DNA from: Chrysomallon squamiferum
Lineage: Eukaryota; Animalia; Mollusca
NCBI GenBank assembly: GCA_012295275.1
Contig: CM022670.1
Location: 3,472,001 to 3,536,000 of the forward strand
Direction: 5' to 3'
Length of the DNA: 64,000 bases
Shown: positions 37,805 through 53,300 of the stretch, in pieces
Layout of the letters: each line of letters opens with the position of its first letter
Numbering within the stretch: the first letter of the stretch is position 1
Notes under the pieces: generated by a model
Told to the model about the DNA's origin: nothing
Database searches by the model: none
What the model saw: the letters and a program-made list of their open reading frames with translations, nothing else
Program-made: the position numbers and the translations under genes

Positions 37805-38042
37805 TTCCTGAAGTGGATGATTATTTTAATACACTTTTGAAAATTCTGAAATAAAATGATTATTATTTTAATATTTCACTGAAAAAAAAAAATCTGAAAT
37901 TAGATGATTACTGTTTCATCGATGAAGACATTCTTAAACTGGATGATTTTGTATCATTGAAGATATTTTGAAAGTGGATGATTACTAGTTTTCATCACTG
38001 AAACGTTTCTGAAAGAGGATTGTTATTTTATCATTACTGAGG
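37805..38042. repeat. Degenerate ~35-45 bp minisatellite, ~6 units
   Basis: Consensus approximately ttctgaaa(g)tggatgatta(c)t..tttcatcactgaa; gatgatt-type cores at ~37816, 37856, 37903, 37942, 37977, 38018. Confidence 0.7.
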
Positions 38043-38412
38043 CCAGAGTATCACCGTAAGTTAGATAAATGTACAGAGTATAATTTATATACCAGTACAG
38101 CCCTAATGATGGTTATTTTTCATCTTCTTTCTATGCTTTTCATCACTTTTTAAAACTATTACCAACCACAAAGAATTATTCTGAAGGACTATGCTGTTTT
38201 AATAGAAAACAACAAGGATAGGAAACGTACGAAAAAATTGTTATGTCATTCAACTGCCTAGTTTTAAGTCTGTTATCAGATTAGATCATCTTTGTTTTTT
38301 TTAATCTTATTCTTTTTTTCTCATTTATGAAGAGATAACCCAGTGATCTTTTTTCTTTCTCTTTTCAAGGTACACGACTGTCAATGTTCTCTTAACTATT
38401 TCTATGCATAAT

Positions 38413-38569
<157 letters not shown>

Positions 38570-41500
38570 ATTCTCTAATTCTTTCTTTATCTCTTTTTCT
38601 CTGTCACAGTTTTGCCTTTCTCTGTCCCTCTGTGTTCATACCCTGAATCTTTATTTGTCTGTGTCGTCTCAGATCTCTTTTTAGTTATTATTCTGCTTTC
38701 GGTCTTTTTTTTTTTTATCCGTTGTCTTTTTTATACAGACAAACAGAAATTCATAAATCAGATAGAAGAAACACAGGAAGAGAAAGGCAATATGGAGACG
38801 ATAGAGTGAAGCAGATCCCGCAGACCAAGAACTTATAATTTGTTTTTAATGTGCATAATACATATGCTGATGCTGCAGCCTTCTTAGGCTTTAGATACAA
38901 TAGGAAAAATATCCTAAAGGAGTAGATTAAAGAACGAGCGTGAGTCTACGTTTTGCATATTTTGCCACGCTTGAGCGCACACTGCATCCCTCGTGCACCT
39001 AAACGTATTGAGTAAGGATCAAGCAGTGCGTCTGTTTACCTTTGAGTAAACAAGACTACTTTCATTTTACCCTTTGTTTGCTCTAACAACATTTCAGTCT
39101 TTTTGTGGCTTGTACTGGGATTCAGCAGTTCCATAATGGGTAGCTGTTTTCACACTAGACCTCACACATCAAATGAAAGTACCAGTAATGACGTTGTTTT
39201 GTGCATTTGACACCTACTTTCAAAACCTCTCGCAGTCTACGTTTGTCGAACGAATAGTATATTCACGACATACATTACCACATAATTTTATGTTTGTTTG
39301 TAATACGACACTAGTTTTCTAAGCGTGTTAAGCAATAACGATTCTACCAGACAGACACTTCGTTCGTACGTTGTAAGGAGGCATTAAATTCCATTTAAAT
39401 TCTATTTAACGACAAGTATTTGTCATTTAAAGGAGTCTCCGGATGGTTAACTACTCGGATAAATAGTGCTGGCTTGTGAAAGTTTATTCTGTTAACATCA
39501 TGGTGCTGGTAACAATTTCTGTCTGCGGAACTGTTCGGCTGATCAGTTTTGAAGACCTCTAAGATAATACATGGTTTATGGGATCGAATCGCTACAGTAG
39601 AGGTACTGGATTGTGTACAACTTCAGACAATGCTCTCTGATGGTGGTATGTGAAAGATTTTTATTTTTTATTTTTTTTTATTTTTTTTTTCACATTGCAC
39701 AATTGTTAACTTAAACTATTTGATATGTTGATATTATTGTTACAATTCCAAGTAGATCATTTATTTTATCACACCGTCATTAATGTGGTTTCTCTTGAAA
39801 AAAAAACACCTTGTGAAGTTAAATATTCTAAATATTTTCTTTACCGGCAGCGTTGATGTGAATATATAACTTTTAAAATAACTTTTATATCCTTTGTAGA
39901 TTTTTATTTTTTATTATTATTATTATTTTTGTTACTTATTCGTTGCCATTGCCATGTAAGGACAGTTTGTCCTAAGGAGTACAATTACTGGAAGTTTTTA
40001 TTTGGTTTATATTTTAACTGTCAAATGAGTCATCTGTTCAGATATGTACGTCCGCTATAATATAATATAATATTATATTAAAGAACGCTTTTTAAAAAAT
40101 GTCTTTGAATTAAACCTTGTTTCATTGGACAAGGCAACTTTTCTTTTTAATAGGTCTGTATTTCGTTGTTTTTTGTGTTTTATACGCGAAGACAGACAGT
40201 GTCATTATGCTATGTGACAACTCAGAATTCAGTTATTTTACACATACAAGAAAAATTTAGACAAGTTATCCAGGCAAAACAAAAGATTCAGTCTACCAGC
40301 AAATTCCATCAATCTGAAACCTTTACTACAAACTTGACAAATTTCCTACAATCGATGATATCTCCGTAAAGACGCGAATTCCCCAAATAGTGACCATACT
40401 GTTTTCACAATTACACTTTGCGGTGTCGTATTTTTCGAGATTGTTCCATTATCACCGAAACATCACGAAGACGGTTTCAGCGATGTTAGGAAAGGCTTGT
40501 GTACTACACACATCGCTGACGTCTCTATCAAATTACACCGTGGACGGAGACGTTGCTAAAATAGACAGCTTCTTCTTCGTACATTCCTTTTGCTTTATCG
40601 GCGTGACAATCACTTTTCGTTCTAACATCACACAGTGAAGGCGAGTGTCCAATATGTGGTCGCTTTATTCTTCTTAATTTTCAGGCTCTTTCAAAATAGT
40701 CTGACAGAAAGAGATAAACAGTAATTTTGTGAACGAGTCGCTTGTTCGTAATAACATCATGCTTTTGAAAATAACTCGTTGATTTGTTGGTGTGTGTGTG
40801 TGTGTGTGTGTTTTTGTGTGTGTCTGGTCGTGTATGTCTGTTTTTTTAATGAAAATATGTGCTGTGTCTGTGCATGTATTGTGCGTGCATCTATATAATT
40901 AATATATCTTTAGCTAAGTCTGTATCTATATTATATTATGGATATATTATATGCATGAGAATGTGTGTATATTTGTGTTTATGTATGCGTGTACGTATCT
41001 ATTACTTCATGTTTTGTTGTAAAACATTTTCTCACAAATACGGGTAACATTAACTTCAAAAATCTGTACCAAAAACTTCGTAGTTATAAAAATAAATCAG
41101 AAAAACATAAAATAAATAAAAGTAAAAATCTCGAGATATCAGAATATCCTTATCTGGGTTTGAAATCTAAAACCAGAACAATAAATCATAACGTTTTACA
41201 GCATTGTCCTTTCATTCTTTTTAAAAACTTACAAAAAACATGTACATTCTTGTGTGTAATAACTATACGTATAAGCCCTCCTACATGTAATCTATCATTA
41301 CTCTTCTTCGCTGATGTATTCGGGCCTGTCGCAATATCATTCTTGCTGTGATATTGCTGAACATCGTAGAGATGACAAACCTTCATATATTTTTTTAACA
41401 GTTCCGTTAAAACGTATATTTTTATATCAAAGCCGCCGGCAGACCTCGCTGTGTATTTTGTACTACGTATGTGAATATAACAGGTATTATTACGTCAGCA

Positions 41501-41649
41501 CGTGTCATATGAAAGTTATGAAATAAGATATCAGAATTAAACTGTCTGCAACTTTAAGGATAATAAATTAACTTGACTGCGAATGTCGGCATTCCATTGT
41601 TTCGCGAAAATTGCATTGCAGCATTATGATGCAAAATAAAAATAAAAAT

Positions 41650-41775
41650 ATATATTTAAAATAATATAAAATAAAATAAAATAAAATAATATAATATAAT
41701 ATAATATAATATAATACAATATAATACAATATAATACAATATAATACAATATAATATAATACAATGCAATACAAA
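41650..41775. repeat. Pentanucleotide array (ATAAA)n/(ATAAT)n/(ACAAT)
   Basis: Graded 5-bp repeat with a 10-bp ataatacaat higher-order unit. Confidence 0.85.
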
Positions 41776-42275
41776 ATACTACGTGACGCAAGGCAGCATA
41801 GAAGCTAGCGCATTGTAACATGAAATATATGCACGTAATTCAAATTCCTGTTCAGACAAACATAACACTTGGTCGTGCAGTATCGCAACAATATAATATA
41901 TCTCCCACAAATAGATTGAATACATTGTACCTACCAACATATGAATGAGAAATAATGTAATTCATCGAAATGTTTAAATTTTTCATTGATAAACTGCGTA
42001 AAGTAAATGTTATAATTAGTTCATAGCCATCGATTACACACAGCTGTCACGGTAAGAATTTTTTTTTTTTTTTTTTTTGAATTTTACAAGTTATCATTAT
42101 TTGAATGGCTATAGTTCAGAAATGGTATCCAAAAAAATGGAATAATAAGATCAAACAAATAAATGTTCTCTTTCATAAGCTGTTCCAGATATTTCGTTTG
42201 TAGCTGTTTAAACCGTTTCGTTGTGAAACTGTTGGTCTCTGTAAATTTTATTATTATTATTATTATTACTACTAC

Positions 42276-42316
<41 letters not shown>

Positions 42317-42321
42317 TAATT

Positions 42322-42354
<33 letters not shown>

Positions 42355-42494
42355 TATTTTGGTGAGAGTGTCTGTCATTGTGTATGTGTGTGTGCATGTG
42401 CGCGCGTGTGTTTGTGTGTCTGTGTGTGTGTGTATGTGTGAGAGAGAGAGGGAGAGAGGGAGAGAGGGAGAGGGAGAGGGAGAGGGAGAGAGGG

Positions 42495-42527
<33 letters not shown>

Positions 42528-43619
42528 GTCAATCAATGATATAGTTCCTTCATTTCTGGTTTGTCACTGCTCCAACTGTTCCGTCATCAGACATTATTCA
42601 GTGTGAACGCAACTTTACTGCACAGAACTAAAATAATGCATCGCCCATTGTATTGGTATTAAAAAAAAATTGAAAACAGAACAGCAGAGATAACGAGTAA
42701 TCAATCCAGTGTAGTTAGATAATAGGCCAACACGATCTGCACTTGTCGGTGCAAACATTTTACCGGATCTAAGCGAATCCGCAGTCCGCAAGCAAAATGG
42801 GCGGAAATAACATTCTGCTGCAGTATGCCAAGGTCAAGGACAAGGAAGCCCGTGTTTAATAGTTTCTTTCCAATGCTTTTGTGTGAAGAATGCTTGGTTT
42901 TCGGGCACATGTTCAGTCACGACGTGAGAAAAAAGTCAGTTTGTGTGTCCGTAATGAACACATAGTACGTGTCTGGTGTCTGCTCGATAAAGCCCTTTTT
43001 TTTCCCCTTTTTTAAAAAAAAAAAAAAAGATTTCGGTGTGAAAGTCATTGGGTTAGTGGGCCAAAATAAAAAGAGTGATAGAGGAAAAATACAAAAAAAA
43101 AAGAAAAAAAGATTGCAGATAGAGAGACGTTTATGGATATAACAGAACATTTTTTTAGTACGGACTATTCCGCTATGATGAAAGGATGTACGTGGTTTCC
43201 ATAATAAATGGCAATAGAAGTTTATTTGTTTATTAGTCTTATTATATTTATTGTTGTTGTTGTTGTTTCAGAAATAAATGGCACACAGATGTATTAGTTT
43301 ATTATTATTATTGTTGTTGTTGTCGTTTTTGTTTTTGTTTTTGTTTTTGTTGTTGCTGATATAAAATTATGGTCATGAAATCTGGAAGGTAAGTGAATTA
43401 AATATACAAAAAATAGAAGATCAGTTAATGTTATGCACGAGGTAGGTAATATAACTCCTATGAGACATCGTTGTTTTCACGTTTATAATAAGCTAATTAA
43501 TTATCTGCCATATTTCAAGTCGCAGGTGGAGTTCATTGACCCAGTGGTTTCTAGATGTGAATGAATAGTTCAAACCAGGGGACAAGGCCGTTATTATGTT
43601 AGAAAAAAATGTATGATGT

Positions 43620-43860
<241 letters not shown>

Positions 43861-44265
43861 TGAGGGATAGCACAGATCTGCATCTGCATTACCAGTCTGA
43901 CAGCTGTTAATATCAAAGTCACAATACCGTCTGTTGCAATGTGGGAAGGGAAATCCGTTAGACCCCCCACTGTCTAATCGTGGGAGCGGTCGTTATGACA
44001 ACAGCTGCTTTCCCTGTCCAATTCCGGCAATCATTGATCGTGTCGCCAGCGCTCGGGCGTGCTACGTGCCTAGGACAAGCGTACATGAACTCTGGAGGAT
44101 TGCGACATGTCCTCGTCTTGCTGCCAGCGCGCGCATTAACAGGCAATTTAAATTTATTATCTTTTTTAAAAGATAAGGTCCTGGCGCAGAGTTTAACAAA
44201 AGTTACGAACGGTTACTTGACACTTCCTAAATGATTTAAAAATTATAAGGGTTTGGCGCCAGACC

Positions 44266-44324
<59 letters not shown>

Positions 44325-44403
44325 TAATGTAATAATAAAAAAATAAAAAAAAATAAAAAAAATAAAGCATTAAATAAAATAAAATAAATAAATAAACAAA
44401 TAA

Positions 44404-44461
<58 letters not shown>

Positions 44462-44924
44462 AAATAACAATAATAAATAATTTAAAAATATTCTTAAAAA
44501 TATCAAAGTGAAAAACGTGAGCGAGGTCACTTATATTTATGTAATTTTTGTAACGTTTGCAGTGAATTTGTGGAACACATTATGTGTACATTGTCAGAAC
44601 TGTGCATGTCTCCACACATTTCAGCGTGGATTAGTCTTATATATGTACATTATAATCATTACATACTGATTCTGTCTGTCTGTCTGTCTGACCGACTGTC
44701 TGTCTGACCGACTGTCTGTCTGTCTGTCTGTCTGTCTGTGTGTGTGTGCACTTGTCAAATATAATTATATACGTATTTATGTAATAGATACAAATATTTA
44801 CCTTTATACATACTACATATGTACATATACATTTATACATACATGTATGTATGAAGTTATAGGATTTTGAATATTTTCTGTCTTATGTACATCTGAATAG
44901 ACTCTGTACACGCACTGGCGCAGA

Positions 44925-45032
44925 TGTATGTATGTATGTATGTAGGTAGGTAGGTAGGTAGGTAGGTAGGTAGGTAGGTATGTATGTATGTATGTATGTA
45001 TGTATGTAGGTATGTATGTATGTATGTATGTA
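44925..45032. repeat. Compound (TATG)n/(TAGG)n tetranucleotide repeat
   Basis: Visible directly. Confidence 0.9.
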
Positions 45033-45712
45033 CAGACGTATATTCATATATCTATACATGCATTCAGGTCAAATACAGACATATACATACGTATGCTGCA
45101 ATATTTCCACATAGATATTAATCGCAACCTAAGGCCATTTTATTATTTCGTTGCATAAATACCTTAACCACAACCGCATATTCCACAATAACGTCAATAA
45201 ATACAATAATACTTTATACAAATAAATTACAACAGAATAACACTACCACACATACGCACGCACACGCACACACACACACACACGCACAGCCACACACAAA
45301 CACATATACACGCATACACGCACACACGCACACACAGAAAAATACAAACAAAAATGTCAATGCAGTTATCACTTCCTGACAAAAATACAGCATAAAAAAC
45401 ACACAAACACACACGCTGAGGCATATTAATTAAAAACTGTATCGTGTGTGTGTGTGTGTAGAAGGTGAAAAAGTTAGAGTAGTAGTTGAAACAATCACCT
45501 GCAGCTACGTGTGCCGAATCACATAGTTTAAACAAAGACGCGGCCACGTGGAGGCCTCTGCTCCACTAAATGTCACCGATGAATGCGCCAAGTGTGTATC
45601 TTTGCAATTTGCAACCAGAGATGTTAACACACAGGCGTGCGTAAGGTTAGTATTAATTTCATTTTTTAATTATTATAATTATTTTTACCACTAATTTGTG
45701 TGTGTGTGTTAG

Positions 45713-45758
<46 letters not shown>

Positions 45759-46124
45759 TTAAAATATTTATTATTTCGATTTTTACGGTTCAAACGATCA
45801 GTTATTGATAACGGTGCTAAATATAGATGGTGTCATTCGAACGATATTATGCAACGATATCGTATATATCTGTCTATCTGAGCCTTTTGATTTATTGATT
45901 GCATTTTTATGTCGTGTTTTTTTTTTTTTTTTTTTTTTTTTTTTCTTTTCTACTTCTGTTGAAGGATACATAATTTATTCTATTTCTGTTCTAATATTTT
46001 TATAGCCATAAAACATTTTTGAGTCTAGATAAAAAAAAAAAAAAAATAAAAATAAAAAAATAATTCAAGTGTATCACGTGAAGTGGTATTAAAATTCGTG
46101 GTTTGACCTCCTTGTGTTGGACAC

Positions 46125-46280
46125 AGTTGGTCTTGGGATCAGTCCTCCTCGATACCCATTTTGTATACTTTCCCATTCCAGTCTGTTGCCACTGATCTGT
46201 CAAAGAGCATGGTATGTCTTTTTCAGTCTGCCATAATATGTGTCAAAGTTTCTTCATTGCTAGTAAGAGTAGACCCTTCG
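46125..46280 (+). mobile_element. Old SINE fragment (tRNA-like head end and core)
   Basis: gggatcagtcctcctcg...aaagagcatggtatgtc...aagagtagaccc; shares tcagtcctcctcg and tggtatgt with the 63.2 kb copy. Confidence 0.55.
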
Positions 46281-47019
46281 TAGGAGTAGACTAATTTCCA
46301 TATAATATAATATAAGAGAAAAAAAATATATGAACAGAGAACAATAACTGATAAAATAAAAAATGTTTCACTCTTCAATATTTAACCCATCATTTTTCCA
46401 AACACAGTTTCATTAATTCATTAGTTTATTACTGTTGTTGTTGTTGTTGTTGTTGTTATTAAGAATAATAATAATAATATCACCACTATTATTACTACAG
46501 TTTTATAGCTTTAGTCGCTGTCAGTTTTCAAAAGTATTTTTGAAATACATAAAATAAACTTTTTTACATTTTAAAAATAAAAATAAACCATAATACACAA
46601 AGCACCTATAATTTGTACATTTATACCTTGAAATTTTATTTTATTTTATTTTTTTTAAAGAAAGAAAAAAGACGTTACAATGAGAAAAAAGATAAAACCT
46701 TGGCTTTCAGACATATAATTTTACGGAGGACGTTTTCAAAGCATTATTATCATTTGCGCGTCAAAGTTTTACTGAATGTAAATTACTTACTTCAGAGTAG
46801 GCTGTGAATGTCAGTAAGCTAATAATTAAATGTTTTCATTTTTATAATTGACTTGACTGGCGGTTAATAACGTTCACAGTTCAACTGGTGTTACACCCTC
46901 TGCTCACTTTTCAATAAACAGTGTTGATAGTGCATAAAAATGGCCTTGGACGTAAGGACGTATTCAGTATGTTTTTAATATTATTTTACTACAACTGCAG
47001 CTGCTATTGTTATTTTAAT

Positions 47020-47359
47020 ACCATTACTACTATTGCTACTACTACAACCACTGCTACTACTACTAATGCTACTAATAGTATTATTATTAGTAGCAGTAGT
47101 TGTTATAGTACTACTACTACTACTACTACTACTTTTTCTATTGCTATTATTGTTACTACTACTATAATTACTGCTACTACGTCTGCTGCTCAACTACTAC
47201 TACTAGTACTACTACTACTGCTGCTGCTGCTGCTACTACTATTATTATTATTATTAGTAGTATTAGTAGGAGTAGTAGGAGTAGGAGTAGGAGTAGGAGT
47301 AGGAGTAGGAGTAGGAGTAGGAGGAGTAGGAGTAGGAGTAGGAGTAGGAGTAGGAGTAG

Positions 47360-47394
<35 letters not shown>

Positions 47395-47395
47395 T
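47020..47395. repeat. Complex (CTA)n-(CTG)n-(ATT)n-(GGAGTA)n-(GTA)n repeat
   Basis: Visible directly. Confidence 0.9.
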
Positions 47396-48375
47396 TGGAC
47401 CAGTAACGGAAGCAAACAGCAAGAACAACTTATTTACACACACAAACACACACACATACATATTCACACATACATATTCACACCTTCGTTTATGTTATAC
47501 AAATATGCATATTAAGAGTGCAAACATACATACGACGTGTCACATATAATGTTATAATTAAATTCAAAAGCATTAAAATCTAAAAATAAATAAAACTCAA
47601 AACAAAAAGAAATCAAAACAAAATCTTCGGTTCACAAATCAAACACGTCAAAGGCACTGAGTTGTAACCAGTTACTTTAAAATTTTTTACATAAGTCTGT
47701 CTTCGTTGATAATGCAGTGTATTAACCATTTGTTGTTTTGCGACTGAAATGCTTGGTGTGGTGTATACGAGTAACGTAGCTGAATGCAGACGTGTGCACT
47801 TGTTAAAATGCGGCCGTGTTCAAAAGTAGAGCACCAGGTTGTTCAGTGCTCGGGTCATTAGTTTGACATAATAAAGTTATTTATAATTTAAATTACGTGG
47901 GGATTTTTTGTTGGATTTTTGGGGGTTTTTCTTCTTGTTTTTTTATATTTTTTTTATTGTTATTATCGTTTGATTAACCTTGGAGATAAGAACGAGTATG
48001 AGTTTAAGAATTTTGATATCATTTGTATAGTTTTTAATTTGTGTGTATGTGTGTATGTGTGTGTACGTGTTGTGCATGTGTGTGTATGTGTATAAATGTA
48101 TGAGAAAGGTGAAGTAGGTGTATACATACATAAAGACACAGTACACAGTCTAACAAACTAACTAATTAACTAAATAAACCAATAAATAAATATATAAACC
48201 ACTATTAACCTAGCAACAAACATATTTAAGAAGTCATAATGTTTCATAATAACAATAATATTAATAATAAATAGATAGATAATAAAATAACAAATAAATA
48301 ATAAATACGTAAATAAATAAATAAAAAAAAAAAAAAAAAAAAAAATAAAAATAAAAATAAACAAAGTAAACAAAC

Positions 48376-48410
<35 letters not shown>

Positions 48411-48709
48411 AATAAATAAGAATAAATATATACATAAATAAAATAATTTTTTTTTTTTTTTTTGCTTATACCAGTTCGTCCCAGAACAAATATGTCAGTA
48501 CTGTTCTGTATTTAAGTACTGTAGTTTGAGACATCGCGTGGGGTTATCAAACACTGTCTGATCTCATTCATAACGTATCGTTTTCAACTTTAATATTCTG
48601 AAGACGTTTTTGATATAAAGCACTTGAAATTATAAATTTATTAACAGCGACACATGAATACGTATGTATGTAAATAAATAAATAGATAATAATAAATAAA
48701 TATGTATAT

Positions 48710-48744
<35 letters not shown>

Positions 48745-49686
48745 TTATTTTGTCACCTGCTTATAAGCTTCGATTTAGAAAGGTGAGAAGAAAAAGACGA
48801 TTGAAAAAAAAAAAATCGGTCAGAAAGAGGGATGGGGCATGCCCCACCCGAGTCACGCATTCATTCAGCTACGTGACACAAGTGAATATTCCCATCTTTA
48901 TAAACCCATCGAATTAAAAACGACTTTTTTTTTTTTATGATCACACACAAAGCGCTGAATATCCGGTCCGCATATACAAAAAAATAAAAAAAAGATTAAA
49001 AAGATGAATGAAATCTCTTAACGGTTTTTCAATGACTTCACAGAAAGCGATTGTCATGTATATGCAACGGATTGGCCCGTATATATAAATTTATATATAA
49101 ATATAGTCAGAAGAATATAATCCAAAAAAATATATATATAATAAAAAAATAAATTAAAAAAATGTTTGTGGACGTGCTGTGAAGCATGCATTTATTTTCC
49201 ATATTTGGACGCTTGCGATTTCTAACGTTAATGGTTGACGTAATTTTCTGAACCACGTGTTCAATATGGGATTGTGGTGACAGATGTAAGCGTTTTATGA
49301 GAACGTCAGTGTGAATGGATTTTTAAAGGTATTGTACATTTTGGTTGATAGAACTTTAATTTTTTTTTTTTTATTTTTTTTTAATACGTTTCATTTTGTC
49401 TTAACAGTAGAATGTCTACTGAACTTTTCTGAAAAGATCTCCACTGATACCACTGTCTCTGTTGTTCGTATTATCTGGATCTTTACATTTGTCTGTCTAT
49501 CTGTCTGTCTATCTATATATCTGTATGTATACATACATACATACATACATACATACATACATACATACATACATACATACATACATGTCTGTATATGTGT
49601 GTGTGTGTATAGGTATAGGTGTAGGCATAGATATCTATAGGTATATGAAAATGTATAAATATACGTATGTGTATGTTTGTGTATAT

Positions 49687-49732
<46 letters not shown>

Positions 49733-49895
49733 ACAGTGATCTCATTTACAGAGTAGTTAACTCTTTGTACAGGAAAAAAAGTATTTTGAAAACTATTAAC
49801 TGATATTGTTTTAACCACTACACACTGCTGTGAAAGTGTATTTACTGTGTGTTTAATCTCAGACAAATTCTAAGGCTAAATAAATAAGTAATTTA

Positions 49896-49927
<32 letters not shown>

Positions 49928-50230
49928 TATGATGCAGAACAAGATTGACAAAATTCCCTTGTTCCATATGGACTAAGCTTGCTATAATAAAATATCTAAG
50001 TTAACTGGATATTTTTATAATTTATGAGCAGTGGTGAAAAACAATGTCAGCCAAATTCAGTTTCAATTATAACGTATTTTTTCAAAATTATTATTATTTA
50101 TACATTGTTTATACATTGCTGATCGTTTATTAATATTTCAGTGACTTCGTCCTTCCCTCTCTCTGTCTGTCTCTCTCTGCGTCTCAGTCAGTGTGTCTCT
50201 GTCTCTGTATCATGCACCTATCACACGTGT

Positions 50231-50301
<71 letters not shown>

Positions 50302-53300
50302 TTCTCGCTCTTTCTTTCTGTGTGTCGTTCTCGTATACATATATTAATATCATTATGAGCAATTCAACCTATATTTCTTTTATAATTCATTACCTTTTTA
50401 TGGAGTCCATGGTGTTTGGAAAAATATTACCATCACTATTTAATTCATCTGCGGAGCAGCCTTGGGTAAACATTCTTGCTTTGTTGTGTTAAACCGCCTC
50501 GTCTGCATTTTCTCTCACATAGCTGCAATACGGCGTGTATGATTCATACAGGTTGGTATCGCGCGCGACACGAGAAACGCAACATGAAGGGCCAATAAAT
50601 GTAGGTCAGATAATAGCATTAGCCATCATGCAGTAAACTGCTTTTTGTCATCTGAATAATCCGCTATGTGGTGCATGCAAATTTAGCCATAATATTGACT
50701 GTGATATGAATGCTGTAAACCATACGCGGTGGAAATCAAAGAACTGAAGACGTGAATCAAGACACGTATGATGAAAGTGCACTTCACGCTTCGACCCCAA
50801 AAATGAATATTCCGAGTATGACTTGCTAAATATGAATACACATCAGATATGGAGTTGTAGTAGGAAATAATAAATAATCACGACTCATTTTTTTTTTTTT
50901 TTTTTTTTTTTTTCCGCAATGCTTCCTCGTCATTGCCATTATGATCGTCATTACCATCATAAAACATCCTTAGTAATTATTTCATAAGCAAGGTTTTCTC
51001 TGCTGATTACAAACTTAGTACCAGTGACGGACCTACAGTTTTGGAGTCGGGACACTTTTCAAACAGCAGTGAGATCTGGTTAACCACTGTTACCTTCTCC
51101 AATCGGCTTCTTCCATGTCAGATCACTACAAATAGTTCTCAGATTTTGATTAAAATTTTGAAGCAGTATGAACTAAAGTCGCCTCTGAGGCGCTCCTGGA
51201 TTAAGGGCCCCGAAGCTGAAGCTTTTGATTAGTTTCATGATAGATCCACCTCTGCTTAGTACTGGACATTTTCCATTTAAGAATGGATTCTTATGCAAAA
51301 GCTACACTCTACGGAAAATATTCTGAAACAGGTGTTTCAAGATGTATCTACTTTCTTCCGCAAAATGTAACATTTAAAGGACTAAGGGTAATTGTATATC
51401 AACAACCAGATGGCCTTTTATGTCAGAACATCACCGTAATTATAAAGGCTAGAACTTAGGATTAACATTACCGAAAAACAAGAACATTCAGCAAATAATC
51501 GTAAGACTAACCTGCAATAAGAAACTTTAAACCCGTGATTAGCACAGAACGGTTTCTGACACAGGTCGTAAAAATATCTGGAAAAATTACATTGCTTTAA
51601 GGTAATTCATTATCAACGACAGTTTTCCCCATTTATACCTTGCCACCTCACACAAACAGCGAAATCTATCTTCAGCAATAATCACAGCTATCAGATTTCA
51701 GTGATTTTAAAAGCAAGTTGCTCTGCACACATTATACACTCGTCGCACACCAGTGTATGGAGAGACTAGGGGTGGTCTCAAGTTCAATGGTTAGAACCTG
51801 GTGTACGAGCACGGTACGTACCAGAACCCGTCCTTGACAGCGCTGTCTTTGCATTATTTTACCATCAACATCAAAATTTGTTTTGGGATGCTTACATAAT
51901 GTGGCGTTATTAACATCGTACACTTGGTGTTTCAAAGGCTGCTTATATGAGTAAAGGCTTCGGAGGGTGCTTTTCAGTCTAATGACGATGAATATGAAAG
52001 ATCCATTACTCTTCCTCGTAGACAATCCCACACTGGGCTTCCTTTCTTTTCATAGAAGTATTTGCGCTTAAAAATCTAACCTTGATATTAAATACGATGA
52101 CGTATCGTCGAAAATATTTATCGGTTTTATTACCATTAAATGTCACTAACAGAAAGAAACGTGAGAAACTAAGCTGTTCAGATTAACATCATCACGACCA
52201 GAGAAAGAGTGTGAAATTAATCTAATTTTTTTAGTTATAAATGCAACATATTTGAATATTTTATTTTGTAAATATCTTCCGGGTGTTTTAAAACAAGAAA
52301 TATGTTGTTTATTTTTACACAAGCATGACTGTTATTTCAATGAGGGATTAAATTGTTACTGTTATTGATGATGATAAAAAGTTTTATAATTATCGTTGAC
52401 GTCGATTTTGTTGTTTGGTCGTTGTCGTGGTGGTTGTTTTAATGTTATTAATGTTACTACTACTACTACTACTACAATTACTATTATTGCAACTACTGCT
52501 ACACTGTTGCTATATAAATAACAGTTATTTTACTTTAGATTTATTGGACATCATGCTACTCAAATTGTAGCTCAGAGGTGTGGAGAGAAAGCGAAACATA
52601 CATACAGACAAACAGACAGAAGAAAATCGACCGTCATATTGTTATACACAAAAAGGTGTACGTGCCTGTTGTTGTTGTTGTTGTTGTGTGTGTATACATA
52701 TACACTCCTTTCCTCCCACATACACATATGTGCACGTACATGCACATACAAATAGATATCGCACAAACTTCCAAACAAGAATTACTGGGTAAACCTGAAA
52801 ACTATTCCTTTCATCTTTTAGGCTTATTACTTAGCTATTGCATCATGATACCAATATTAGTTTTTTTTTCTTCTTTTTTTTAATTTTTTTTTCTTTGATT
52901 TTTTTCCCCTTTAATAAACTGTACACATTTATTTATTTCATTTCATTTCAGTTTTTTTTTTTATTATGAATCAGTATGATTAATGATGTCTGGGAAAATG
53001 TTTCTGCCATATTTAAATTATTGCATCACTATCAGGATTCAGTTTGAGTGGCTGCTGAGGAAGGAGCTCGGATGTACATACAGAGATCACACGTACATTC
53101 AGTAACGTCACCGGAAAAAACACAAAGCCACAGAATGTTTCACTCTTGTGTAACAAACAAAACATTATTACTCAGTGAGTCGGCTATCCACTGATATTAA
53201 ACTGTCACGTTGTTGTTGTAGAATACAATTAATATTCATTCATTTATTAAATATTTACTGAATGTTATTGCATTCATTCATTCATTCATTCATTCATTCA

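Noticed and set aside
18595-38042. Repeat-spacer-like arrays at 18.6-19.1 kb and 37.8-38.0 kb as CRISPR
   Set aside because: Repeats are degenerate, spacers are related to each other, there are no cas genes, and the context is a spliced eukaryotic locus.
46921-47467. 161-aa 'membrane protein' ORF with poly-T/L/GV and overlapping ORFs
   Set aside because: Pure translation of tri- and hexanucleotide microsatellites. The same applies to the many poly-LS, ER, HT, YI and I/L ORFs in the track.
51732-52031. 99-aa minus-strand ORF
   Set aside because: No recognisable domain, non-ATG start and no convincing splice context.
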